A stretch of DNA of 64,000 bases from Vulcanimicrobiota bacterium (GCA_963812155.1 CAWETW010000002.1:192001-256000); one strand, 5' to 3'; shown: positions 1 through 9,852, numbered from the stretch's first letter. The notes: a model not told the origin generated them from the sequence alone. Translations and numbers: made by a program.

Positions 1-128
1 TGCACCACAATCAAGTTCTTGCCGAAGCGCGCACGGTCTTCGTTGGAAATCACGTAGGGAACGTGCGCGCATGCGCTCGCGGCGACTGTCAGAACCAGTA
101 CGATTGCGGCGGCGCGTACGGATCGCAT
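1..128 (-). CDS. Lipoprotein, N-terminal part (runs off window)
   Basis: ATG at 128 preceded by AGGA; MRSVRAAAIVLVLTVAASAC lipobox-type signal; frame open to window edge; not in ORF track. Confidence 0.6.
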   Translation of the reverse strand, partial: MRSVRAAAIVLVLTVAASACAHVPYVISNEDRARFGKNLIVV

Positions 129-152
129 CGCGTTTCCTAGACACGAAATTCG

Positions 153-1487
153 TCACATCGGTGGACCAATGACGATCCAGGTCTTCCCTTGATAGCGCTG
201 CACGAGCACGACCGTCCCGGTGCTTCCCTGACCGACGAGGAAGGCGTCTTCGGATTTTTCCATGCCGGGCTGGACGACTTCTTGCGCGGCCGGAAGATGT
301 GCGCGATACCAGGATCGCACCGTCGTGAAGTCGTCGGCCGTCGCGTAGGTTTTCGCTTGCGCGGGCGGAGTCTTGAAACCAACGCCTGAAGGCCGCTCCG
401 ACGCGACGGCACCCGGATAGACGGGAGGAGCGGTTCCGGCGTTTCCATCGCTCGGGCTTGGCGATCCCACGCGCCCCGCCTCGGCGCACGCCGACGTCGT
501 GCCGCCAAACATCACTGCAAGGCCGCACGCGGATGCGAACATGCGGCGGTTATCGTGCGGAACGCCTTCGACGAAGGCGTAGTCTTGAGCGGTCCCGCGC
601 GGGTGGCGCCGACCGATGTAGGCGATGTAGAATTTCGCGCGCGTGAAGCGGTTCGGACCCTGTGCTTCGCCACCGCAGGAGCGGTCCAAATCGTCTTCGT
701 TCGGATTCGTGTCGGCGGTCCCCATGAGATAGCTAACGTGCCGGGTGGCGTACCGCGATTCGAGTTGCGCAGACGTCCCGGTAACGTAGCGCGGTGCGCC
801 CTTCAACCCGTATCGCCATTGGTCGAAGTCCGGACAGTTCGACTGCGGAACCGGGCGCCAATCGGTGAAGTAAAAATACGATGATGGATTCGAAACAACG
901 AGATGCACCGGGATTCGCGCGCCGGAGTCGAGCCCCGCAGATTTACCGACCGCCGCGTAACGCTGGACGATTTGGCCGCCCGCGGAGTGTCCGGCGATCA
1001 CGATCTCGCGAAGTTTCGGAAAGCGTTCGATATCCGACAAACGCGCAACGATCGCATCGAAAACCTCGTACGTGCTGATCGGCGCGGGTGCCACCGCATC
1101 CGAACCGCCGGGCCACGTTCCCTTCCAGTACAGCGTGCGCGGTGAAACGGAATGACCGGCCAGATCGTCCCGTTCGACGAACTGCGGAGCGATGACGAGC
1201 GTGTCGCGCAACGCATGCGCGGCATCGGCGGCAATCACGCCCGTATCGTAGTAGTAGTCCGCGTCGCGCAGTACGCCGTGCACGACGACAATCGCGCGCG
1301 TGACCGACGCATCTCCATCGAGGGACGACGTTCCGAAGTACCGCGCGTACCCGCTGCCGAGCGGCGTGGTCACCAGAAATTGGCGATCGGCGAGGCGCCC
1401 GGAGTTGTCGGGTTGCGGCGTCGTCGTTACGGGGACGACGACGCTCAAAAGCAGAGGAGCCAGTAGGGCGCTGACGAGTTGATGCAC
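153..1487 (-). CDS. Secreted alpha/beta hydrolase with extra C-terminal domain
   Basis: Signal peptide, HG oxyanion motif, GHSAGG nucleophile elbow, GTAD acid and VPHD His; about 100-aa extra domain starting PPVYPGA. Confidence 0.8.
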   Translation of the reverse strand: MHQLVSALLAPLLLSVVVPVTTTPQPDNSGRLADRQFLVTTPLGSGYARYFGTSSLDGDASVTRAIVVVHGVLRDADYYYDTGVIAADAAHALRDTLVIAPQFVERDDLAGHSVSPRTLYWKGTWPGGSDAVAPAPISTYEVFDAIVARLSDIERFPKLREIVIAGHSAGGQIVQRYAAVGKSAGLDSGARIPVHLVVSNPSSYFYFTDWRPVPQSNCPDFDQWRYGLKGAPRYVTGTSAQLESRYATRHVSYLMGTADTNPNEDDLDRSCGGEAQGPNRFTRAKFYIAYIGRRHPRGTAQDYAFVEGVPHDNRRMFASACGLAVMFGGTTSACAEAGRVGSPSPSDGNAGTAPPVYPGAVASERPSGVGFKTPPAQAKTYATADDFTTVRSWYRAHLPAAQEVVQPGMEKSEDAFLVGQGSTGTVVLVQRYQGKTWIVIGPPM

Positions 1488-1567
1488 GAGCGATTCTTTC
1501 GGGCCGTCGCGGCTGCATCATCCTGCCCGAAGCGGGGACGTCTCGATCGGCGGCAAAAGGCGACATC

Positions 1568-2719
1568 GTGCATCGGCGCGTCTTCGCAATCGTACTCTCG
1601 GCGATCTCCGCCCTTGGCGTGCCGGGTTGCAGCGCGCCGGTCATCCCGAACGCTTTCCGTGAGACATCCGGCGCTGCCGAGCGCGCGTGCCGTCCGATTT
1701 TTTATCCACCGAGAGGCGCGGTCAAGCCACGCCGGATTGTTTTACGCGGTCCGGGACTGGTGTTCGGCGGAGGCGGGCTCGACGTCGACGGCGAGTTCGT
1801 ATGGATTCACGATACGGTCGTTGGATCGCACGCGCGTCGGGACGGCGATCTCGTCATCTTACGGGCAAGCGGAGACAACGACTACGATCGTTACATCTAC
1901 CGTCTGGCGCCCTACAACTCGGTACGAACGCTCTTGCTGCCGGATTGCTCGTCTCCGAAGGTGCTGGCCGCGGCGGCAGCCATCGTCAGTGCTTCGTCGG
2001 CCGTGTTCTTCGCCGGGGGAGATCAGGCCGACTACGTTGTGTGGAAGGGAACGCCGATTCAAACAGCCGTGCAGGGCGTTTACGATGAGGGAGGCATCGT
2101 CGGAGGCACCAGCGCCGGCGAAGCGATCCTCTCCGAATACGTCTTCGACGCGCTCCACGATAACCGGTTCGACGCGACGTCGAAAAACGCGGTTCGCAAT
2201 CCCTACGAACGGTTGATCAGCTTTACGTACGATTTCCTGCGCTTCCCGGCTGCCGCCGGCGCCGTCGCCGACATGCATTTCGTTACGCGGAACCGCTTCG
2301 GGCGCACGGCAGTTTTTATGGCGCGGCAAATCGCGGACGGGAAGGTTGGCGGAACGCATCCCGAGGTGCGTGCGATCGCCGTCGACGAAGCGAGCGGACT
2401 CGTCGTCGACCGGCACGGAATGGCGACGCTGTTGCTGCAAGGCAAAGGCGGCTCGGCTTTTTTGATTCGAGGCGGTGCGGCGCGCGCGATCGAGCCCGGC
2501 AAGCCGTTCGTGTCGGGACGGATGACCGTCACGAAACTGAGCCGTCAGGGCGAGCGCTTCGATCTCGCCGCATGGTGCGGGAGCGAACCCACCTACGACG
2601 TAACGGTCGATGGAAGGCGCCCGTACGGCGAGATCTACTCACCTCTCGATCCGTACACACCTCCGCCCAATAGCCGAATACCGAAGTGTAAAGGAAGCTC
2701 TGATTTATCTCAAATCTAG
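1568..2719 (+). CDS. Cyanophycinase-like peptidase S51, lipoprotein
   Basis: FFAGGDQ, GGTSAG, DMHFVTRNRFGR and AVDE motifs; LGVPGC lipobox. Confidence 0.8.
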   Translation: MHRRVFAIVLSAISALGVPGCSAPVIPNAFRETSGAAERACRPIFYPPRGAVKPRRIVLRGPGLVFGGGGLDVDGEFVWIHDTVVGSHARRDGDLVILRASGDNDYDRYIYRLAPYNSVRTLLLPDCSSPKVLAAAAAIVSASSAVFFAGGDQADYVVWKGTPIQTAVQGVYDEGGIVGGTSAGEAILSEYVFDALHDNRFDATSKNAVRNPYERLISFTYDFLRFPAAAGAVADMHFVTRNRFGRTAVFMARQIADGKVGGTHPEVRAIAVDEASGLVVDRHGMATLLLQGKGGSAFLIRGGAARAIEPGKPFVSGRMTVTKLSRQGERFDLAAWCGSEPTYDVTVDGRRPYGEIYSPLDPYTPPPNSRIPKCKGSSDLSQI

Positions 2720-2726
2720 GAAACGA

Positions 2727-2757
2727 GGGCCGAAGTTTACTATGGTAAACGAGGCCC
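2727..2757. terminator. Hairpin between convergent genes
   Basis: gggcc..gtttac-tatg-gtaaac..ggccc imperfect stem between two stop codons. Confidence 0.35.
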
Positions 2758-2792
2758 GAGTTGACAACGAGTTGAGGTAAATCAGAGCTTCC

Positions 2793-4535
2793 TTAGATTG
2801 GGCCCATCGCTTTAGACAATAGCTGACAAGCGTCGGCGCCGACTTCTTTCGTAATGAGATCGTTGAGGAGCGCGTTCATCCGGAGAATCGTTTCTTGGTT
2901 CTTTCCGGGATCGAGCGCAAGATTCCGCACTTCGCCCGGATCGTTTTGCAAATCGAAGAGCTGAACGTCGTTGTTCTTCAGAATCTCGTCCAGCGTCGTC
3001 GGTATGTTACAGGCAGTCGGCGCATAGTAGCGACCGAATTTGTAGCGTCCGTCAAAAGCCAGTGCGAGCAAACCGCGTTTGGTCAAATTCGCTTGCGCTA
3101 ACGGCGGAGAAGGTTGGCCCCGGAACTGCGTGTCCATCGTTTTGTTTAGGAAATCGCCGTCGACGGTTGCCGGCCCAACGTAGTTAAAAAGAATCGCCGG
3201 ACGTATCTGCGTGAGACGCGCGCCCTCGGGGTCGTCGAGCAGCGGCGAAAAGTCGTGGCCGGGCAGCGCCGTCACGGCGGGCGGCCGTTTCGAATCCGGT
3301 AATCCGGTGAGTCCGACGAACGTGGGGAGAAGGTCGAGGTGACTGGTGAGCGCCGAGCACTTCGTGCCCGCCTTTGCAGTGGGGTGCGCAACGATGAGCG
3401 GCACGTGGACGTTTTCCTCGTAGACGAACGGGCCTTTGCCTTTGAGGCCGCCGTGGGCTCCTCCCATCTCGCCGTGGTCTGCCGTAAAGATTACAACGGT
3501 ATCCCGCCACAAATTCATCTCGTTCATGACGTCGACGATCTGCTGGATGCCGCGGTCGACGTCTTGAATGGCGTTAAGGTAGTAGTTGTAAAAGATCGTC
3601 CACATGTCTTTGCGATCGGTCGGAATGGTCCCAGACCAGCCGTCCCAGCCCTTTTTGTACTCTGACAGCGCATTCGGCATGCCCGGCGCGGCAAGCGATT
3701 CGTCGAGACTTGCCGGCAGCGTGAACGCCCATTTTTTATCGTAGATCGTGTTCGCCGGTGGGGGCGGCACGGCAGAGGGAATGACCGGAATCTGGACAGG
3801 CGGCTGCCCGGGAACGTTACCGTCACCGTACATGATGTCGTGCGGATTGACGAAGCTCGCCACCATAAAGAATGGCTGGCCGCTCTTTCGCGCTTCCGGA
3901 CCGGCTTCGCGCAAATAGCGCGCACTCTCGCCTGCGATGAAGAGGTCGTTGTCGTAGCCGCTGTCGGGCGTGCTGCCGATGTCACCGCCGGAGCCGAATT
4001 TATCGAAGCCATAGGCTTGGGCTGCGTCGCTGTAGTTTACGCTAGGTTTCGGATCCAGAATCTCCTGGTCCATTTCGAATTTTCCGAAATAGGCGGTTTT
4101 ATAGCCCATCCCTTTCAGCACCGATCCCATATTCGGCATCTTCGGATCCAAGCTGTGCACGAACGAGAATTGCATTTGGTCGATGACACCGGTGACTTGA
4201 GGCGGCTGGCCCGTGAGAAACGACGCTCTGGAGGGCGAGCACTGCGCGGTCGAGATGTAATGCTTCTGAAACGTGACTCCGCGTTCGGCCATCGCGTTCA
4301 TCGCGGGCAACGAATAGTCGGAATCTGCGAGCAGTTTTTCGACTCTTTGGTCGACGATGATGAAGACGATGTTATAGGGCGGCTTGCCGGCAGGTCCGGT
4401 CGCGATCGATCGGCTATGCGAGGTCTGCGCGGCCGCGTATTCGGGGATCCGCATCACCCCGAGGCCTGCCAAGACCTGCGCGCTTCGCGTAAGAAACTTA
4501 CCTCTCGTCTTGCTGGACGATTCCTCGCGCTTCAT
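2793..4535 (-). CDS. Sulfatase-family hydrolase with Tat-like signal
   Basis: NIVFIIVDQ, CSPSRASFLTG (CxPxR formylglycine motif), GKFE, FTADHGE; KTRGKFL leader. Confidence 0.88.
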   Translation of the reverse strand: MKREESSSKTRGKFLTRSAQVLAGLGVMRIPEYAAAQTSHSRSIATGPAGKPPYNIVFIIVDQRVEKLLADSDYSLPAMNAMAERGVTFQKHYISTAQCSPSRASFLTGQPPQVTGVIDQMQFSFVHSLDPKMPNMGSVLKGMGYKTAYFGKFEMDQEILDPKPSVNYSDAAQAYGFDKFGSGGDIGSTPDSGYDNDLFIAGESARYLREAGPEARKSGQPFFMVASFVNPHDIMYGDGNVPGQPPVQIPVIPSAVPPPPANTIYDKKWAFTLPASLDESLAAPGMPNALSEYKKGWDGWSGTIPTDRKDMWTIFYNYYLNAIQDVDRGIQQIVDVMNEMNLWRDTVVIFTADHGEMGGAHGGLKGKGPFVYEENVHVPLIVAHPTAKAGTKCSALTSHLDLLPTFVGLTGLPDSKRPPAVTALPGHDFSPLLDDPEGARLTQIRPAILFNYVGPATVDGDFLNKTMDTQFRGQPSPPLAQANLTKRGLLALAFDGRYKFGRYYAPTACNIPTTLDEILKNNDVQLFDLQNDPGEVRNLALDPGKNQETILRMNALLNDLITKEVGADACQLLSKAMGPI

Positions 4536-4713
4536 CTACGTCGCCCTCTCCCTTCGACAACACGCGCGGTTCTACGCTCGACCATCGGGCGCAAAACGTC
4601 GCTACGGCGCCCGAGGCTTTCGCGTCCGCGCATGGGCACCCCTGGGACGATGACAATGACGACGCTACGGGGAAACGAGCACGAGTGTTTTCGTCAACTG
4701 CCGTAATCGCGCG

Positions 4714-5571
4714 GTGATCGTCCACCTCGTCGACGGAACATACGAACTCTTCCGCCACTTCTACGGATTGCGCCGCTTCAACAACGGTGAGGATCGCCGG
4801 TTCGGAGCCGCCGTTGGCGTATGCAACACGATCCTCCAGATGATCGACGAGGGCGCGACGCATGTCGGAGTGGCGACCGATCACGTCATCGAGTCGTTCC
4901 GCAATGCCCTCTGGAGCGGTTACAAAACCGGAGCCGGCATCGAGCCGGCGTTACGCACGCAATTCGAACCGCTCGAAGATGCGTTAGATGCAATGGGGAT
5001 CCAGGTGTGGGCGATGGTCGAACTCGAGGCCGACGATGCGCTCGCCTCCGCCGCGGCCATAGCGTCGAGAAATTCACGCGCGGAAAAAATCTGCATTTGG
5101 ACGCCGGACAAGGATCTCGCGCAATGCGTGCGTGAGGACCGCATCGTGCAGGTGGACCGGCGTAGCAAGCTCGTGCGCGACGCCGCCGGCGTGCGGGCAA
5201 AGTTCGGTGTAGATCCCGAACTCATCCCGGATTACCTTGCGCTCGTTGGAGATTCCGCGGATGGTTATCCCGGCATCGCCGGCATCGGTGCCAAAGGCGC
5301 GGCGCTTCTCCTCGCACGCCATGGTCCGATCGAACGGTTTCCACCCGAGGTTCTCGGCGATCGCCGCCCTCTCGCGTTGAAGTTCAAAGAGCTGGCAACG
5401 CTTCGAACCGACGCGGCACTTTTTTCGAACGTCAATGAGTTGGCGTGGCAGGGGCCTACGTCGCGATTCTCGACCGTTTGCAAGCGGCTCGACGCCCCGA
5501 ACCTCCTTGCACGCGCGACGAAATTGCAAAAGGCGGACAACGCGTCGGTCCGCAGGAACTCTAAACGATAA
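4714..5571 (+). CDS. Stand-alone 5'-3' exonuclease / flap endonuclease (PolI N-terminal-like)
   Basis: LVDGT, EADD, DKDLAQ, LVGDSADGYPGIAGIGAKGA (H3TH). Confidence 0.9.
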   Translation: MIVHLVDGTYELFRHFYGLRRFNNGEDRRFGAAVGVCNTILQMIDEGATHVGVATDHVIESFRNALWSGYKTGAGIEPALRTQFEPLEDALDAMGIQVWAMVELEADDALASAAAIASRNSRAEKICIWTPDKDLAQCVREDRIVQVDRRSKLVRDAAGVRAKFGVDPELIPDYLALVGDSADGYPGIAGIGAKGAALLLARHGPIERFPPEVLGDRRPLALKFKELATLRTDAALFSNVNELAWQGPTSRFSTVCKRLDAPNLLARATKLQKADNASVRRNSKR

Positions 5572-6374
5572 TGAAAGTATCGATCGCGCTCGTTTTTGCT
5601 ACCGCGCTCGCTTGTTCGGCTACCGGCTGTTCGTCCACGGCGACGACCGTGCCGATGCCGACGTCCGCGCCGGCTATCTGCACGAGCTTCGTTCTCACCG
5701 GGCATCCGTCGTATCCGCCGGTGGCTTGGAAGAGCGCCGGCACGCTAACCGGCGGCGGCATCGACGTCGTCGCGCGCCTGGCAAACGCAAACGGGATAAA
5801 GATGCGCGTCCTTGCGCAGGATACTTGGGAAGACGCGCAGCTCGCGGTGCGCGGAGGTCACGCCGACGCGATCGTCGGAATTTATAAGACGAAAGAGCGC
5901 CAGGCGTACTTCCACTATCTATCGCCGCCGCTCGCCCCGGACCCGTCCGCCGTCGTCATTCGTAGCGGCGAAAGTTTCACGTATAAGGACTGGGACAGCC
6001 TCATCGGCAAACGCGGTGTTCTGGGAGCAGGTGAGTCGTACGGTTCAGCGTTCGACGAATTCCTGGCTGCAAAGCTCACGACGTATCGCGTAGCCACCCT
6101 CGCCGACGTCTTCTCGGAGGTGCTCGCGAGCAAAGCCGACTACGGACTCAGCGGCTACTACGCCGCAGTGACGTCATCTCCGCCGGGCATTGTGTTTGCG
6201 AGTAAGAACTTCGTCACCGAAGGCCTCTACCTCGCTTTTGGTAAGCAGTCGCGCTGCGGTTTCGCGCTCGCGAGTGCCTTCTCGGCCGGCATCGCGCAGA
6301 TGAGAGCCGATGGCACGATCGATCGTATTTTTGCGCGTGAGCTCAAACGCTACGAACGAACCCATCCGCGCTAA
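5571..6374 (+). CDS. Substrate-binding protein family 3 (polar amino acid type), lipoprotein, no adjacent permease
   Basis: YPP..G.L.G..ID; RGGHADAI..IYKTKERQ; MRADGTIDRI; Cys lipobox. Confidence 0.85.
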   Translation: MKVSIALVFATALACSATGCSSTATTVPMPTSAPAICTSFVLTGHPSYPPVAWKSAGTLTGGGIDVVARLANANGIKMRVLAQDTWEDAQLAVRGGHADAIVGIYKTKERQAYFHYLSPPLAPDPSAVVIRSGESFTYKDWDSLIGKRGVLGAGESYGSAFDEFLAAKLTTYRVATLADVFSEVLASKADYGLSGYYAAVTSSPPGIVFASKNFVTEGLYLAFGKQSRCGFALASAFSAGIAQMRADGTIDRIFARELKRYERTHPR

Positions 6375-6377
6375 CGG

Positions 6378-6497
6378 CTAGCTCGCTTTGCGAGAAGCGG
6401 CGTCCTCGGCGCGGCGACGCCGCGAAGAATCCAGCGGGGTCAGCATTGTTTGCAAGCCGCCGACGACGGTAATCGGAATTCCGTTGTGGAAAACCAT
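6378..6497 (-). CDS. Small protein, 39 aa (MVFHNGIPITVVGGLQTMLTPLDSSRRRRAEDAASRKAS)
   Basis: Strong SD GGGAGG before ATG at 6497; TAG at 6378-6380; AT-rich upstream tract; below ORF-track cutoff. Confidence 0.6.
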   Translation of the reverse strand: MVFHNGIPITVVGGLQTMLTPLDSSRRRRAEDAASRKAS

Positions 6498-6828
6498 CCT
6501 AAACCTCCCTTCCCATTGTTCGAATTTTCATCCACTCATATAGACCTATCCAAAGACGGAAAAGTTTCGCTGTCGTAACGCGCAAATTCGTGCTTGGCGG
6601 CCTTTAACGGGCGACTATTGTCGGGCGGCGCCGCCGGCTGAAAACCGCGGAATTCGGCGTCTGGAAAATCGACCGGATATGCTTCGGTTACAGCGTCAAT
6701 AGGGATGCCGCAAATCGCAATGGCGAGCGCCGCATTTGACGGCGGCGCCGAGGAGGAAGTCGTAGCGTCGTAGGCGGAGTCGACCGAATGCCAGCCGGAA
6801 ACCGTTACGGTCGTGCGGAGCGTTGGGT

Positions 6829-7530
6829 ATGAACGATGACGATTCGGCGAAGCGCGCCGCAGGCTACGCCGCGGTCGACCGCTACGTTACGGACGACGCG
6901 TGTATCGGCTTAGGCACCGGAACGACGGCGTATTGGGCGGTCGAACGCGTTGGCCGGCGCATCGCCAACGGCGAGCGTATCGCGGCGGTCGCGACGTCGA
7001 CGGCGACCGAAGCGCTGTGCCGCAAATGGAACATTCCCGTACTCACACTTCTCGAGCGGCCGATGACCGTCGCGATCGATGGCGCCGACGAAGTCGCTGC
7101 CGACTGGTCGCTCACGAAAGGCGGCGGCGGCGCGCTCTTTCGCGAGAAGGCAGTCGCGTTGTCGGCGCAGCAATTCGTCGTCATCGTAACGGGACGCAAG
7201 CTCGTCGAGAAGCTTGGCGCATTTCCCCTGCCGGTTGAAATCGTGCCCTACGCGGCGCCCTACGTGCAGCGCGAAATCTCGCGCGCCTTTTCCGATCTTA
7301 CGATCGTACGGCGCGGCACCGAAGACGTTCCCTACGTCACCGATAACGCCAACTGGATTTTCGATTGCCACTTCGGAAGCATCCAGGATCCGCGCGCCGT
7401 CGACGAAACGTTGCGGGGAATTCACGGCGTCGTCGCGACGGGAATCTTTTCCGGCATCGCCACCGACGTTATCGTCGGCGAAGCCTCCGGAACGGCCCGC
7501 TCGCTCTCGCACCGGGATGTTTCTTCATGA
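6829..7530 (+). CDS. rpiA: Ribose-5-phosphate isomerase A
   Basis: IGLGTGTT, AIDGADEV, KGGGGALFREK, PLPVEI, VTDN motifs; GGAG before ATG at 6829. Confidence 0.96.
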   Translation: MNDDDSAKRAAGYAAVDRYVTDDACIGLGTGTTAYWAVERVGRRIANGERIAAVATSTATEALCRKWNIPVLTLLERPMTVAIDGADEVAADWSLTKGGGGALFREKAVALSAQQFVVIVTGRKLVEKLGAFPLPVEIVPYAAPYVQREISRAFSDLTIVRRGTEDVPYVTDNANWIFDCHFGSIQDPRAVDETLRGIHGVVATGIFSGIATDVIVGEASGTARSLSHRDVSS

Positions 7531-8948
7531 GTGGGCCGACCCGCGCGCGGTTTCTGTCGACCGCCGCAGCCGCGGCGGTTCTTCCCTATGTCGAATGGAT
7601 ACGGCCGGTTGCGGCCCAGCCGCCGCCGGCGAAGCTCTCCGATATCGAGCACATCGTCATTCTCATGCAGGAGAACCGGTCATTCGACCATTACTTCGGC
7701 ACGCTGGCCGGCGTTCGCGGATTCGGCGACGCGCACGCTCCGCTGCTGCCCGGCGGGCGGACCGCGTTCTATCAACCGGATCCGCGTTCGTCCGAAGGCT
7801 ATTTACTCCCGTTTCACCTCGACACGCACACGACCAGCGCGCAGCGGCTGCACGACCTCAGCCATGCGTGGAACGTTCAGCATGCGGCGTGGAACGATGG
7901 GCGACTCGACCGTTTCGTCGAAGCGCACTACCGCAGCAACGGTCGCAGCGCGCCGCTTACGATGGGCTATTACAAACGTGAGGACATTCCGTTCTACTAC
8001 GCGCTCGCCGACGCGTTTACGGTCTGCGATGGATACCATTGCTCGGTGCTCGGACCAACTAACCCAAACCGCTACTATTGGATGACCGGCTCGATCGACC
8101 CGACGGGGAAGTATGGCGGTCCCGCAACCGAAAACAGCGGCGGACGCTATGCGTGGGAAACCTACGCGCAGCGCCTTCAAAACGCCGGCATCTCGTGGCG
8201 GATATATCGCCCCGAATCCTCCATCGAGTTTCCCGTCGGTCTCGATGTGATTCTGAACTTCGCTGCCTTTCAAGATCTTCCAACGACGTCACCGCTCTAC
8301 GAGCATGCCGTCAAAGTTCGTCCGGTCGAGACGATGCTCGAGGATATTCGCAGCGGAAATCTTCCGCAGGTCACCTGGATCGTTCCGCCTTACGGACTCT
8401 CCGAACACCCCGACATGCTCCCGGCCGCCGGCGAGAACTACGTTCGCCGAATCCTCGAAGCGTTCTGGTCGAATCGCAAGGTTTGGTCGCGTACCGCGTT
8501 CGTCATCGTCTACGACGAGAACGACGGCCTCTTCGACCACGTGGTGCCACCGACGCCGCCGCCGGGAACACCCGGCGAATACGTCAACGGCGTGCCCATC
8601 GGACTCGGTTTTCGCGTACCTTGTTTGGTCGTCTCGCCGTTTTCGCGCGGCGGTTTCGTCTGCGGCCAAACGTTCGATCACACGTCCACCCTGCGCCTGA
8701 TCGAAGCGCGTTTCGGCGTCGAAGTTCCCAATTTGACGGCGTGGCGGCGTGGAACGTGCGGCGATTTGACCGGCGCCTTCGGTTTCGGCGAAGCCGCCGA
8801 TACCAGCATTCCACAACTCCCTCAGACGGCCCAACCGCTCGCCGAGATCGAACGGCGGGTCGCCGAGCTTCCGCGTCCGGCCGCACCGCAGATTCAAACC
8901 ATGCCCAAGCCTGAAACAACGGGAATCGTCCGCCGCCGGCGCGCGTAG
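7527..8948 (+). CDS. Phospholipase C / phosphoesterase (PlcH-AcpA family), Tat-like signal
   Basis: MQENRSFDHYFG, GPTNPNR, SEHP, YDENDGLFDHV, GLGFRVP, DHTSTLR; ATGA overlap with rpiA stop. Confidence 0.92.
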   Translation: MSGPTRARFLSTAAAAAVLPYVEWIRPVAAQPPPAKLSDIEHIVILMQENRSFDHYFGTLAGVRGFGDAHAPLLPGGRTAFYQPDPRSSEGYLLPFHLDTHTTSAQRLHDLSHAWNVQHAAWNDGRLDRFVEAHYRSNGRSAPLTMGYYKREDIPFYYALADAFTVCDGYHCSVLGPTNPNRYYWMTGSIDPTGKYGGPATENSGGRYAWETYAQRLQNAGISWRIYRPESSIEFPVGLDVILNFAAFQDLPTTSPLYEHAVKVRPVETMLEDIRSGNLPQVTWIVPPYGLSEHPDMLPAAGENYVRRILEAFWSNRKVWSRTAFVIVYDENDGLFDHVVPPTPPPGTPGEYVNGVPIGLGFRVPCLVVSPFSRGGFVCGQTFDHTSTLRLIEARFGVEVPNLTAWRRGTCGDLTGAFGFGEAADTSIPQLPQTAQPLAEIERRVAELPRPAAPQIQTMPKPETTGIVRRRRA

Positions 8949-8966
8949 GTCAAACGCTCGAAGGCG

Positions 8967-9278
8967 TCAGCCTTTCGGATTCGCCGCCGAGTTCAGGGCC
9001 CGATTACGGACGGCAACGAGAAACTGCATCGGCGTCAGAAACCCGGGCCGCCCTTCAAGTGAATCGAGGACGTTCCAATCATCGCCCGCGCAATCAGTCT
9101 CCATAAGCGCGACGAATTCGGCGAGCACCTCCGTCGCCTTGCGCGCGACTTCCTCGCAGTGCGCAGGTATGGAGAATGCAGGCCCGCGCCAGCCGCACGA
9201 GCAGATGAGTTCGTCGATTTCATTTGACCCGTAGACCGGCCGGTGCTCTACACTGACTGCAATGGTCTTTGCTTCCAT
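8967..9278 (-). CDS. Hypothetical protein with CSCGW...HC possible zinc site
   Basis: ORF downstream of and co-oriented with gpx; ELICSCGWRGPAFSIPAHC. Confidence 0.6.
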   Translation of the reverse strand: MEAKTIAVSVEHRPVYGSNEIDELICSCGWRGPAFSIPAHCEEVARKATEVLAEFVALMETDCAGDDWNVLDSLEGRPGFLTPMQFLVAVRNRALNSAANPKG

Positions 9279-9309
9279 GCGGCTGCTTTTACCCGCAAAA
9301 ACCGTATTC

Positions 9310-9852
9310 TTAGCGCGTGAGCTCCATTTCGATAGCTTCGCGCAGACGAGGGTCCCCGGGGGCGACGTCGGGCGAAAACCGGGCAACGACGGAGCCGTCG
9401 CGCGCGATGAGGAACTTTTCGAAGTTCCAGAGCACCTCCGGCTCGGGATTAGGCGTCATGCCGTACCCACTGAGCTCCTCACGAAACCCATCGCTCGCCT
9501 GCGCCTTTGGAAAACGCGCGACCAGCTCGGCGTACAGCGGATGCTTGCTATCGCCGGCGACGACGATCTTCGAAAACATTGGAAAATCGACGGAGTATCG
9601 CTCGGTACAGAAAGCCGAGATCTCGGCGTCGTCACCCGGTTCCTGCGCTCCGAAATCGTTGGAGGGAAAGCCCATCACGACGAGTCCCTTGTCGCGGTAC
9701 TCCTTGCTCAGTGCTTCCAAGCCGCCGTATTGCGGCGTGAGTCCGCACTCCGACGCCGTGTTCACGAGAAGGAGCACGTTCCCGGCGTACTCGCCGAGCG
9801 TCGTCTCGCGTCCGTCAATGGTTGCAAGCGGGATCTGCAGTAAATCAGTCAT
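9310..9852 (-). CDS. Glutathione peroxidase (Cys type)
   Basis: VNTASECGLTPQY, GFPSNDFGAQEPG, WNFEKFLI. Confidence 0.95.
   Translation of the reverse strand: MTDLLQIPLATIDGRETTLGEYAGNVLLLVNTASECGLTPQYGGLEALSKEYRDKGLVVMGFPSNDFGAQEPGDDAEISAFCTERYSVDFPMFSKIVVAGDSKHPLYAELVARFPKAQASDGFREELSGYGMTPNPEPEVLWNFEKFLIARDGSVVARFSPDVAPGDPRLREAIEMELTR

Noticed and set aside
8917..8928. caacgggaatcg match to the tRNA T-arm
   Set aside because: Inside the PLC C-terminal codons, with no flanking att features
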